Shown piece after piece: positions 15,450 through 24,844 of a stretch of 34,875 bases of DNA. The notes below the pieces were generated by a model, which searched no databases, had not been told where the DNA came from, and worked only from the letters and a program-made list of their open reading frames with translations. Location: positions 1 through 34,875 of the IMG/VR virus record IMGVR_UViG_3300049182_000103. One strand, given 5' to 3'. This stretch comes from a virus. Taxonomy: Duplodnaviria > Caudoviricetes. A program made the translations under genes and the position numbers. Every line of letters starts with the position of its first letter. Position 1 is the stretch's first letter.

Positions 15450-18400
15450 ATGGCCAACAAGACAATCGGGCAACTCACGCCAGCCGGCGCGGCCGCGGAC
15501 ACCGACAAGATCCCGATCGAGAACGCCGCTGGCGTCACGCAGCGGGTCACTCGCGCGCAGCTGCTCGCCGGCATCACGGTTGCCGATGCAGACGCCACGA
15601 CAAAGGGCAAGGTGCAGTTGGCCGGCGCCCTGGGCGGCACCGCGGCCGCGCCGACCGCGCTGGGCCATGCGGATGCGGCTTCGCTCGCTGCCGCGCTCGC
15701 GGTCAAGGCTCCGCTGGACGGCCCGGTATTCACGGGGAACCCGCAGGCGCCGACACAGGCCGGCGGCAACAGCAGCACGTCGATCGCCACCACGGCATTC
15801 GTGCAGGCCGCGATCGCGGCGCTGGTCGGATCCGCGCCGGCGGCGCTGAACGCGCTCGACGAGCTCGCCGCGGCGCTGGGCAACGATGCGAACTTCGCGA
15901 CGACCGTCACGACCCTGATCGGCACGAAGCAGGCGGCCATCCAGTTCTATGACGACGGCGCGGCGCTCGGCGCTGCCGGCACGGCCACCGAGTTCGACAT
16001 CACGGGGCCAGGCATCACCGCCACGCGGGTCGGCAACAAGGTCACCGCGTTCGTTCCCAGCGGGGGTGGCGCGACTGTCGTCGTTCAGGAGGACGACGTC
16101 ACCGTGGTTGCTGCTGCGGCGACGATCAACCTCACCAACGGCTTCGACGTCAGCGAGTCGCCTTCTGGCGAGGCGCTGGTGGCGCTGGACCTGGGCGAGT
16201 ACACCGGCACCGACCTGCCGGTGGCCAGCGGCGGAACCGGCGCCAGCACCGCCTCGGGCGCGCGCACCAACCTCGGCCTGGTGATCGGCACCGACGTGGC
16301 GCCAGTGGCCAACGCGGTGTTCACCGGCACCACGACGCTGGGCCAGGATCCGGCGCTGGCGATGCAGGCCGCGACCAAGCAGTACGTCGACTCCATCGCG
16401 CTGAATCTGGGCAAGCGCCAGCGCGTGCGTGTGGCTACGACCGCGAACATCACCATCGCGACCGCGCTCAACAACGGCGATGTGCTCGATGGCGTGACGC
16501 TGGCGACCGATGACTTGGTCCTGGTCAAGAACCAGACCTCGGCGCCGGAGAACGGCGTCTATGTGGTCGGAGCGAGCCCTGCGCGCTCGAGCCAGTTCGA
16601 CACGTGGGCCGAGCATCCCGGCTCCCTCGTGACGGTGGCCGAAGGCACGACTCACGCCGACACGGTGTGGCTGTGCACATCGAACGACGGCGGAACCCTC
16701 GGCACGACCGACATCGTGTTCTCGCAGTCGGGCACGAATGGCGCGCTGCTCGCGGCCAACAACCTGAGCGACCTCGCCAACGCAGCCACGGCGCGCACGA
16801 ACCTGGGTGTGGCGATCGGCACGAACGTGCAGGCCTTCACCGCCAGCGTGTCGCAGGCTGAGGCCGAGGCTGGCACGGAGACGGCGCTGCGTATGTGGAG
16901 TCCGGAGCGGGTGGCCCAGGCCATCGCCGCGCTGGGCGGCTCGGGCGCGACGGTCACGGCCAAGGAGGGCGGGGCGACCATCGGCAGTGTCACCGCCTTC
17001 GACTTCGGTGCCGGCTTCGATCTGACGGAATCGCCCGCCGGTCAGGCCAACATCGTGCTGGACCTTGCTGAGTACGGCGGCGCGGCTCTTCCCGTAGCCG
17101 GCGGCGGCACCGGCGCCACCACGGCGAGCGCGGCGCGCACGAACCTCGGCGCCGCGGCGAGCGCCAACGCCGTCTTCACCGGCACCGTCACGCTCGGCCA
17201 AGATCCAGCCACGGCGCTCGAGGCCGCCACCAAGCAGTATGTGGACGGCCTGGCGATCAACGTGGGCAAGCGGGCCCGCGTGCGCGTCGCCACCACGACG
17301 AACATCGCCACCCTGGCCACGGGCCTGAACAACGACGACACCATCGACGGTGTGGCGCTGGTCAACGGCGACCTTGTCCTGGTGAAGAACCAGACCACGG
17401 CCAGCCAGAACGGCGTGTATGTCGTCGGAGCGTCGCCGGCGCGCGCCAGCGAGTTCGATTCGTGGGCCGAGCACCCGGGCAGCCTGATCGCGGTGGCCGA
17501 AGGCACGACCAACGCGGACACCCTGTGGCTGTGCACGAGCAACGACGGCGGCACGCTCGGCACGACGGCGATCAACTTCTCGAAGATGAACATCGCCGGC
17601 GAGCTGTTCGCGGCGAACAACCTGTCGGACGTCGCGAGCACCGTCACCGCGTTCAACAACATCTCCCCGAGCACGACCAAGGGCGACCTGATCGTCAACG
17701 ACGGCACGAACGACGTTCGCCTGCCCGTCGGGCAGACCAACTACGTGCTCACGGCCGACAGCGCCCAGGGCACCGGCATCAAGTGGGCGCCGGCGCCCAG
17801 CGCCGCCAACCCGGTCGTGCGCTCAGTCACCGGCACCACCGACACCCTGGTGGTCAGCGATGCGGGCAACTTCATCGACTACACCAACGCTGGCGCCATC
17901 TCTGTTTCGCTGACGACCGCGTTCAATGGCCTGTCGACGACGCTCACCTGGCCGACCGGTGCGGGCACGATCACCATCAACCAGACCGGCACGACCATCG
18001 ACGGCTCGAGCGCCGCGGTGGTGCTTTCGTCGCAGGCCGGCGCCTTCACCCTGATCCCGATCGGCACCAACGCCTTCCGCGGCGTCGGCTCGGTCGGCGA
18101 TCTGGTCGCCAGCGACATCTCGGACAGCACCACGGTGGGCCGCGCGGTGCTCATGGCGGCCAGCGCCGCTGCGGCGCGCTCGGCGATCGGCGCTGCGCCG
18201 CTGGATGCCCCGGTCTTCACGACCTCGGTCACGCTGCCGGGTGATCCGTCCTCTGCCCTGCATGCGGTCACCAAGCAGTACGTCGACGGCATCGCCGCGA
18301 ACCTCGGCAAGCGTGCCCGCGTGCGCGCCGCGACGACCGCCAACATCACGATTTCGACCGCGCTGAACAACGGTGACACGCTGGACGGCGTCACGTTGGC

Positions 18401-19538
18401 GACAGGCGATCAGGTCCTGGTGAAGAACCAGACGACCACGGGCGAAAACGGGGTGTACGTCGTCGGGACGTCGCCCGCGCGAGCAGCGGAGTTCGATTCC
18501 TGGGACGAGCATCCCGGAACCCTGATTGCCGTCGCTGAAGGCACCGCGAACAACGACACCGTGTGGCTCTGCACGGCGAACTTCGGCGGCACGCTCGGCA
18601 CCACGGCCATCACGTACTCGCAGATCACCACGGGTGGCGGCACTGTCACGGCGTCGGGTGGACCGCTCACAGCCGATGCCATCCTTGCTGGTGCCGGCGG
18701 CACGGACGTCAAAGTCGCTGCATCGATCCGAAGCAGCGCGGCCGGCCAGATTTCGCTGGGAACGGCGGGCAGCGTCTCGGGGAAGATCAACTTCCACAAC
18801 GACACGTCCGGCTCGCTGACCCTGCAGCCGAATCTCACGGGAGCACTGGGCACGGCGGTCCTGACGCTGCCGACAGCCACCGACGTGCTGGTGGGCCGCG
18901 TCACAACCGACACGCTGCAGAACAAGACGCTGACCGCACCGACGATCAATGGCGGCACGGCGGATGCGTTGACGGCGCTGACGATTCGCTCGAGCGGCTC
19001 GGGCGCGTTCGACCTCGGTTTCGTCAACACCGAGAACCTGACCGCGGACCGCAACCTGACCATCACGCTGAACGATGCGGCGCGCACGGTCAACCTCGGC
19101 GGAAACATCACCACCGCCGGCGCCTTGGTCACGGCTGGCGCCAACTCCTTGACGCTGACCACCACGGGCAGCACCAACGTCACGTTGCCGACATCTGGCA
19201 CGCTGGCCAAGGCCGCGCAGGCTGCGGGCCTGACGATGTTCTGCCCGAGCACGACCGCGGCGAACGGCACCTACGTGCTGATCGGAAAGGCGCGCTACGC
19301 CTTCACGATCAACGAGGTGACCGGCAAGACGAGCTCGGGCACGTGCACGGTGCAGGTGACGATCGACGGCACCAACGTCACGGGCGGCTCGGTCAGCGTC
19401 ACGTCCACCGAGGCCTCGTCGACGGCGACGGCGGCCAACGCGGTGGCGGTCGGGCAGACCGTGGCCATTGTGGTTTCGAGCAACTCGGCTGCCACCGACC
19501 TGTGGGTGGACATCGGCGCCACGCGCACGCTGGACTGA
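15450..19538 (+). CDS. Long modular tail fibre (1362 aa)
   Basis: P2 gpH-like KAPL..PVFTG.P.APT...IATTAFV..AIAALVGSAP..L..L.ELAAALGNDANFATTV segment; GGTGA...ARTNLG, ATKQYVD, NNLSD fibre motifs; three internal repeats. Start at ATG 15450. Confidence 0.9.
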   Translation: MANKTIGQLTPAGAAADTDKIPIENAAGVTQRVTRAQLLAGITVADADATTKGKVQLAGALGGTAAAPTALGHADAASLAAALAVKAPLDGPVFTGNPQAPTQAGGNSSTSIATTAFVQAAIAALVGSAPAALNALDELAAALGNDANFATTVTTLIGTKQAAIQFYDDGAALGAAGTATEFDITGPGITATRVGNKVTAFVPSGGGATVVVQEDDVTVVAAAATINLTNGFDVSESPSGEALVALDLGEYTGTDLPVASGGTGASTASGARTNLGLVIGTDVAPVANAVFTGTTTLGQDPALAMQAATKQYVDSIALNLGKRQRVRVATTANITIATALNNGDVLDGVTLATDDLVLVKNQTSAPENGVYVVGASPARSSQFDTWAEHPGSLVTVAEGTTHADTVWLCTSNDGGTLGTTDIVFSQSGTNGALLAANNLSDLANAATARTNLGVAIGTNVQAFTASVSQAEAEAGTETALRMWSPERVAQAIAALGGSGATVTAKEGGATIGSVTAFDFGAGFDLTESPAGQANIVLDLAEYGGAALPVAGGGTGATTASAARTNLGAAASANAVFTGTVTLGQDPATALEAATKQYVDGLAINVGKRARVRVATTTNIATLATGLNNDDTIDGVALVNGDLVLVKNQTTASQNGVYVVGASPARASEFDSWAEHPGSLIAVAEGTTNADTLWLCTSNDGGTLGTTAINFSKMNIAGELFAANNLSDVASTVTAFNNISPSTTKGDLIVNDGTNDVRLPVGQTNYVLTADSAQGTGIKWAPAPSAANPVVRSVTGTTDTLVVSDAGNFIDYTNAGAISVSLTTAFNGLSTTLTWPTGAGTITINQTGTTIDGSSAAVVLSSQAGAFTLIPIGTNAFRGVGSVGDLVASDISDSTTVGRAVLMAASAAAARSAIGAAPLDAPVFTTSVTLPGDPSSALHAVTKQYVDGIAANLGKRARVRAATTANITISTALNNGDTLDGVTLATGDQVLVKNQTTTGENGVYVVGTSPARAAEFDSWDEHPGTLIAVAEGTANNDTVWLCTANFGGTLGTTAITYSQITTGGGTVTASGGPLTADAILAGAGGTDVKVAASIRSSAAGQISLGTAGSVSGKINFHNDTSGSLTLQPNLTGALGTAVLTLPTATDVLVGRVTTDTLQNKTLTAPTINGGTADALTALTIRSSGSGAFDLGFVNTENLTADRNLTITLNDAARTVNLGGNITTAGALVTAGANSLTLTTTGSTNVTLPTSGTLAKAAQAAGLTMFCPSTTAANGTYVLIGKARYAFTINEVTGKTSSGTCTVQVTIDGTNVTGGSVSVTSTEASSTATAANAVAVGQTVAIVVSSNSAATDLWVDIGATRTLD
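16308..18623 (+). repeat. Three copies of a ~140-aa fibre module (16308-16727, 17163-17585, 18204-18623)
   Basis: Each copy reads VFT..VTL..DP....A.TKQYVD....GKR.RVR.ATT.NI...LNN.D..DGV.L...D.VLVKNQT...NGVYVVG.SPAR...FD.W.EHPG.L..VAEGT...DT.WLCT.N.GGTLGTT.I..S. Confidence 0.95.
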
Positions 19539-19545
19539 GCCCGAG

Positions 19546-22500
19546 ATGGCCAGCAGGACGCACCGCGCAGCTGTTGCCGGCCTGAACGGCACGAAGCGGA
19601 TTTGGGCAAGCGCCCCGACCGTCGTGTCCGCGCCGTCGATCAACGGCAGCGGCACGGTGGGCGTCGCCCTGTCGTACACGCCAGGGACGTACACCGGCAA
19701 CCCGACGCCGACCGTCACGCGGCAGTGGCTGCTCGACGGCGGCGCGATCAGCGGCGCGACAGGGGCCACCTACACCCCGGTGAGCGGGGACATCGGCACG
19801 AACCGGATTTCGGTGCGCGAGACGGCGACCAACGCGGCCGGCAGCGTGAACGTGGCAGCCGCCGGCGGATCGACACTCACGTCCCTCACGCTCTCGACGG
19901 CAGCGGTCAGCGGTACCTATCCGTTCCCTCCGCAGGGCATGACCTTCGCCGACGGGGAGACGATGACCGTCGCGTCCGACCTGACGAACTACCAGGTCGA
20001 CGTGGTGAGCTACTGGCCCAGCGGGTATGTGCGCCACGCCTTCATCACCGGGCGCGCGTCGTTTTCGCCCTCGGCGGCGATCACCATCACCAACGGGACG
20101 CCTCCCAGCGGATCAGAGGTCACGCGCTCGACGATCGCGGGCTCGGCAGTCACGGGCGCCTACACGATCGACGCCGGCGCGCACGGCTCGGTGACGTTCA
20201 ACATCCAGACCGGCACCGTGGAGACCCAGTGGTTCACGGGCCACGAGATGAGCGAGTTTCAGTACGTGGCGCCCATCGGGTCGTCCGGCATGCTCGCCTG
20301 GCTCTACACGCAGGTCTACCAGAACGGGCAGGTCCGGGCGAAGGCGATCATTGAAAACCCGATGCTCGACAACGGGTCCGGCGCCGCGTCGACGAACACG
20401 AGCCGCACCTTTACGCCGACCTTCACGTTCAACGGCGCCGTGGTGTGGAACAACAGCGGCGCCTCGCTGACCCTCGCCAAGGGCGCGAGCATCCAGGGCG
20501 AGAACAGCTACGACGGCTGGTACTGGGTCAACGGCACGGATCCGCAGATCCAGCCGCAGGTGCCGGTCATGAGCCACTGGCGCGCGTCGCGCATGGTGAC
20601 GAACCAGGGCTACACGGGCGCGGATGCGACGACGCTGAACGCGCTCATCCAGACCTACGCGGCCACGGAGCGTGGCGCTCTCGCCGAGAACATGGGGGCT
20701 ACTGGCGAGCAGCCGCAGATCGGCTTGCTCACTTCCGCAGATGCCTTCTGGGTGGCCACGGGCGACGCGCGAGCCTATCGCGCCTGCTTGGCCATGGCGT
20801 CGTCGCTTCGTTCCTATGCCATCTGCGTGCGCGCGACCAGCACCAAGGACATCCCGAAGCCGTCGAACTTCGGCAACTGGGACCAGGGCGGGCCGAACGG
20901 CGGGGGCAACCCGGGCACGTCCGCGGGCTCGCTGATATGGGAGGCCAACCACCATGGCAGCGGCGGCTATCTCGCGTACCTGCTGACGGGCGACCGCTGG
21001 CACTACGACACGATGGGCCTGCAGGCCGCGCTGTGCTACCTCTCGGCCGGCAACTCCAAGGGCAACAGCACCTCGCGCCTGCTTCAGACGCACCAGACGC
21101 GCGGCCATGCGTGGGAGATGCGCACGGTCGGCCAGTACGTGGCCGCGGCGCGTGACGCGCACCTGCAGGCGGGAGGCGTGGCGGCCGAGTACAGAACGCT
21201 CCTGTCGACCAACTACGACAGCCTGAACACGATCCGTCAGTCTGGCGCGACCCACGTCTGGAGCGGCGCGCTCTACATCTACGACTTCGGCGGGCCGGGC
21301 GGCAACTCCACCGGATGGGACTATCCGGCCACCGCGGGCCAGCCGCACCTCGGCTCGATCCCACCGTGGCAGCTCGACTTCTGCACGCTGGTGCACGGGA
21401 TGCTGTCCGACATAAAGCCGCTCACGTCGATGACGGCGCAGAACGCGGTTCGAGACCACCACTACAAGTGGATCGTTGGGCGGATGGGCATCAGCGGCGC
21501 GTACCAGGACTGGGACGGCATGCGCGCCGCGAACTACGGCCTGCGGTTCGCGACGGATGGCACCGGAGCGACGTGCTACCAGTCGTGGGGGGAGGTGTTC
21601 GCAGTCAGCTACGGCGCTGGCAACACGTTGGCATCGACCACGCGGCAGGGCAGCGGCGGAAGCGATCCGGTGAACATGACCGGGGACAGCTACTGGGCCA
21701 TCGCCAACGCAGCGCTGTGCTATGCCGTGGATCACGGCGCCACGGGGGCGGCAGACGCATACCTGCGGCTGACGGCATCCGATAGTTGGTCGGCCAACGC
21801 ATCGAGCAGCTGGAACAACTACCCGAAGTGGGCCTTTGTTCCGCGCGTGACGCCGACCGCCACTGCGCTTCCGTTCACGCCGCCGAGCACGACGAACACA
21901 TCGTTGAGGGTAATCAACACAGTGAGCGCCACCGCATCGTCGGTGCGCGCCTCGACGCACTCCGCTTCCGAGCAGGAGCAGGCGCTGTTCAACAGTTACT
22001 CCGGCACCGCCTACGTCAAGAACTTTAGCTATCCGCTTGGCGCGCGGGTGAAGTGGCTTCCAGGAGGGCACAACAACGCCGGTGTCTACGACGCGATCGT
22101 CAACAACCTGACGACCAAGTCGTGGCAGCGCGTTCCCAACATCAACGGGTCTGGCGGAACAAATTACCAAGACGCCTCATACCAGGGATCGGGGTTCCCC
22201 GCTGCAAACACGACTGGCGGCCCGTACTACGCGATCACTGCTGCGAACAATGCATCTGGTGAACTCGCGGCGCCAGCGCACCAGTACGGTCAATTGCAGG
22301 CGCTCGAGCGCGGAGCGAAGGGCGCTGTCATCACGGTTGGCCGAGCCGGCGCGACGGCCGATTCGAACGAAAGCCCGACCGCGCACTACGTGGACCTTGC
22401 AACAGGCCTATCAAAGCGCGCCTTGACCGGCACGTTCGCCGGCGTCGGTTTCGTCGGATGCGCGGCCTACGACCCGACAGCGCAGCGCTATTACGTCACA

Positions 22501-23022
22501 GCGTTCAACAACGGGCAGACGCAACTCGCCTATCTCCAGGTGAGCCCGACGAGCTACGCCTGGAGCACGACTTCCAGCTTCTCGTCACCGTCTCAGCAGG
22601 GTGGTGATTACTGGTCGAGTGTCATCTACGACTCGGCACGGCTGCTGTTGATCCTTCATGGAAGCCACCTCATGGCGTGGCAACTCAACAACTTCGCCGC
22701 AGGGCAGACGCAACTCAACCTGTCAGGCACGTTGCCGTCGCAGAACGGCATCAACTGGGTGTGGCACCCGGTCAACAAGGCGTTCTATGCACGGATCAAC
22801 CAGAGCGGAAACGTGCTGCATAGGCTCACACCGCCCGCCTCCAGCCCACTGACGAATCAGTGGGTTGCAGACACCGTGACCATCGGAGGAGACGGGCTGC
22901 CGGCATGGAACTACGACGGCGGAAGCAACAACCAGAACTACCGGCCGCTCGACTGGGTTCCGCATATCAACTGCCTGGTGCACGAGGCAGGTCCGAACGA
23001 CACCTACTACATCAAGGTCTGA
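19546..23022 (+). CDS. Large multidomain tail-associated protein: Ig-like, putative polysaccharide-lyase-like (YetA/PcRGLX-type) core, and beta-propeller
   Basis: Ig-like APSI.G...VG..L..TPGT..G.PTP....QW..DG..I.GAT..TY; YWPSGYVRHAFITG resembles the WPDGS.K.A barrel motif; alpha-toroid-like HH...YLAYLLTGD.W..D and QTRG.AW.MR; C-terminal YSG...GGH...W.R propeller-like region. Confidence 0.6.
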   Translation: MASRTHRAAVAGLNGTKRIWASAPTVVSAPSINGSGTVGVALSYTPGTYTGNPTPTVTRQWLLDGGAISGATGATYTPVSGDIGTNRISVRETATNAAGSVNVAAAGGSTLTSLTLSTAAVSGTYPFPPQGMTFADGETMTVASDLTNYQVDVVSYWPSGYVRHAFITGRASFSPSAAITITNGTPPSGSEVTRSTIAGSAVTGAYTIDAGAHGSVTFNIQTGTVETQWFTGHEMSEFQYVAPIGSSGMLAWLYTQVYQNGQVRAKAIIENPMLDNGSGAASTNTSRTFTPTFTFNGAVVWNNSGASLTLAKGASIQGENSYDGWYWVNGTDPQIQPQVPVMSHWRASRMVTNQGYTGADATTLNALIQTYAATERGALAENMGATGEQPQIGLLTSADAFWVATGDARAYRACLAMASSLRSYAICVRATSTKDIPKPSNFGNWDQGGPNGGGNPGTSAGSLIWEANHHGSGGYLAYLLTGDRWHYDTMGLQAALCYLSAGNSKGNSTSRLLQTHQTRGHAWEMRTVGQYVAAARDAHLQAGGVAAEYRTLLSTNYDSLNTIRQSGATHVWSGALYIYDFGGPGGNSTGWDYPATAGQPHLGSIPPWQLDFCTLVHGMLSDIKPLTSMTAQNAVRDHHYKWIVGRMGISGAYQDWDGMRAANYGLRFATDGTGATCYQSWGEVFAVSYGAGNTLASTTRQGSGGSDPVNMTGDSYWAIANAALCYAVDHGATGAADAYLRLTASDSWSANASSSWNNYPKWAFVPRVTPTATALPFTPPSTTNTSLRVINTVSATASSVRASTHSASEQEQALFNSYSGTAYVKNFSYPLGARVKWLPGGHNNAGVYDAIVNNLTTKSWQRVPNINGSGGTNYQDASYQGSGFPAANTTGGPYYAITAANNASGELAAPAHQYGQLQALERGAKGAVITVGRAGATADSNESPTAHYVDLATGLSKRALTGTFAGVGFVGCAAYDPTAQRYYVTAFNNGQTQLAYLQVSPTSYAWSTTSSFSSPSQQGGDYWSSVIYDSARLLLILHGSHLMAWQLNNFAAGQTQLNLSGTLPSQNGINWVWHPVNKAFYARINQSGNVLHRLTPPASSPLTNQWVADTVTIGGDGLPAWNYDGGSNNQNYRPLDWVPHINCLVHEAGPNDTYYIKV

Positions 23023-23025
23023 ACC

Positions 23026-23439
23026 ATGGAATACGTCAGCGGCAACATCTTCTTTCGCGAGATGATTTTTGAGAAGGAAGGCGACTCGGTCATCGGCCAC
23101 GAGCACACCTTCGACCACACGACCTACATCCCGCACGGTGCCCTGCGCGTGGAACTACTGGACGCTGAAGGCAAGGCCGTGAAGGCGGTCGTGAAGCGCG
23201 CCAGCGAGCGTCATAACTGGGTGCTCATCAAGGCCGGCGTGCGGCACCGCATCACCGCCGTGGAAGACGGCAGCATCGGGCACTGCGTCTATGCCCACCG
23301 CGTGCCGCAGGCGCTGGTGGACCACAAGGGCAAGGAGCCCGAGTACGACGCGCTGCTCGACAAGCTCATGGCCATGGCCGATGAACGCTTCGACCAGATC
23401 GTGCAGGTGTACGACGGCTGGGAAAAGGCATACGCCTAA
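23026..23439 (+). CDS. Cupin-fold protein
   Basis: GHEHTFDHTT...G.LRV and IKAGVRHRITA, the two cupin motifs with His ligands. Confidence 0.8.
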   Translation: MEYVSGNIFFREMIFEKEGDSVIGHEHTFDHTTYIPHGALRVELLDAEGKAVKAVVKRASERHNWVLIKAGVRHRITAVEDGSIGHCVYAHRVPQALVDHKGKEPEYDALLDKLMAMADERFDQIVQVYDGWEKAYA

Positions 23440-23454
23440 GAAGGACGGACACCC

Positions 23455-23835
23455 ATGTGTGAACTGTTGGTGCGCGTCATCGACAAGGTGAATGCGGACG
23501 ACCCCTACTTGGACGCGCAATGCACGAAGCGCGGGGATGTCATCGTCGCAGTCCCTGACGGATGGGAGTGGGGCCGCGCCGAACTTGCCGACCCGCAGTA
23601 CCGAATCGTCAAGGTGCCGCTTGTGGCGCTCGCTGTCGGCGAGTCATTCCTGGGCCGAGAGTTCAACACCAACCCGGCTGCGCCAAGTCGCATGCTTCAG
23701 CGCCGCGCGTTCCGGCTCGATGTCGATGCGCTGCCGGCCGACCCCGCGACCATGACCGCCGACGACATCATCGCGTGCAAGGTGCGCAAGCCGAAGCGGG
23801 CAGACCCGAACATCCTGGGGGGCGGCGATGACTGA
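23455..23835 (+). CDS. Hypothetical protein
   Basis: AAGGA RBS; KRGDVIVAVPDGWEWGRAE motif; overlaps the next gene. Confidence 0.7.
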   Translation: MCELLVRVIDKVNADDPYLDAQCTKRGDVIVAVPDGWEWGRAELADPQYRIVKVPLVALAVGESFLGREFNTNPAAPSRMLQRRAFRLDVDALPADPATMTADDIIACKVRKPKRADPNILGGGDD

Positions 23836-24826
23836 CCGCACCATCGGCAGCGGAGGCGATTACTCGACGCTTCAGGCGTGGGAGGACGCCTCCCCGGCCA
23901 ACCTCGTGACCGATGGGAACATCTGGCGCGGCCTGATGCTGTCGGGGTTCAATGCTAGCGCCAGCGGAACCATCCTGACCATTGCTGGAAGCACGGTCGA
24001 TTCAACGCACTACAAGGAGTTGACCACCAACACTGGCGCGAGCTTCGCCGACCACGCCAGCGAACTGACCAACGAACTGCGCTGGAACGGCTCCAACGGA
24101 GCCAGCATCAGCGCAGGAGACAACTACGGCGCAGCAGTGATCGTCAGCGAGCAGTACGCGCGTCTGACGAAGCTACAGATTCAGGGCAACGGCGGTCGTG
24201 AGGCGCTGCTCATCAACAACGGCGGCAACTATGTCGTCTCGCAGTGCATCATCGAAGGGCAGGCCGATGCATCGCACGGGGTGTTCACCAGCACCCCAAC
24301 GGCTGGCATCGTCAAGAATTCGCTAATCGTCAAGCGCTCTGCCAACGCTGGTCCCATTTGCTCGATCCAGGGCAACGTCGGGATGTACAACAACACGATC
24401 GCAAAGCCAAGCGGGCTGGCTGGGTCGTCTGTTGGCGTCGCCTATTCCTATACCTCTGGCACGACAACACTTCAGAACTGCGCCGTGTTCGGCGTGTCAG
24501 CGGTATCCAGCGGCAGCGCGACCACCAGCTACACCACCTGCCGCACCGATGCGGCCTCGCCGCCGACCGGCTTCACACAGATTGCCTACGACACGACCAC
24601 CGGGTCGGGGTTCCAGAACACTGCCGACTCGACGCGGGACTTTCGCATCAAGTCCACCTCGGCGATGGTCGGCGCCGGCACCACCGACACGACCAATGCG
24701 GCCGCCGACATCGTGGGCACGTCGCGCCCGGGCGGCGGCGCTGGCTCCTACGACATCGGGGCCTGGGAATATACGGCCGTCGCCGCACCTGCTGCGCCGC
24801 CCATCATCAACATCATGGGACTGTGA
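23828..24826 (+). CDS. Parallel beta-helix (pectin-lyase-fold) protein with a choice-of-anchor-Q-like C-terminus
   Basis: TIG.GGDYSTLQAW N-cap, Asn/Cys ladder (SQCII, KNSLI, YNNTI, QNCAV), DFRIKSTS.MVGAG...DIVG..R...YDIGAWEY. Confidence 0.75.
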   Translation: MTDRTIGSGGDYSTLQAWEDASPANLVTDGNIWRGLMLSGFNASASGTILTIAGSTVDSTHYKELTTNTGASFADHASELTNELRWNGSNGASISAGDNYGAAVIVSEQYARLTKLQIQGNGGREALLINNGGNYVVSQCIIEGQADASHGVFTSTPTAGIVKNSLIVKRSANAGPICSIQGNVGMYNNTIAKPSGLAGSSVGVAYSYTSGTTTLQNCAVFGVSAVSSGSATTSYTTCRTDAASPPTGFTQIAYDTTTGSGFQNTADSTRDFRIKSTSAMVGAGTTDTTNAAADIVGTSRPGGGAGSYDIGAWEYTAVAAPAAPPIINIMGL

Positions 24827-24844
24827 GCAGGAAGGGATGTACCA

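Noticed and set aside
6049-22170. Long minus-strand ORFs (e.g. 6049-7530, 8827-10509, 11528-12763, 15435-17474, 17823-19769, 20113-22170)
   Set aside because: Antisense shadows of GC3-biased plus-strand genes; Arg/Gly/Ala-rich with no recognisable motifs.
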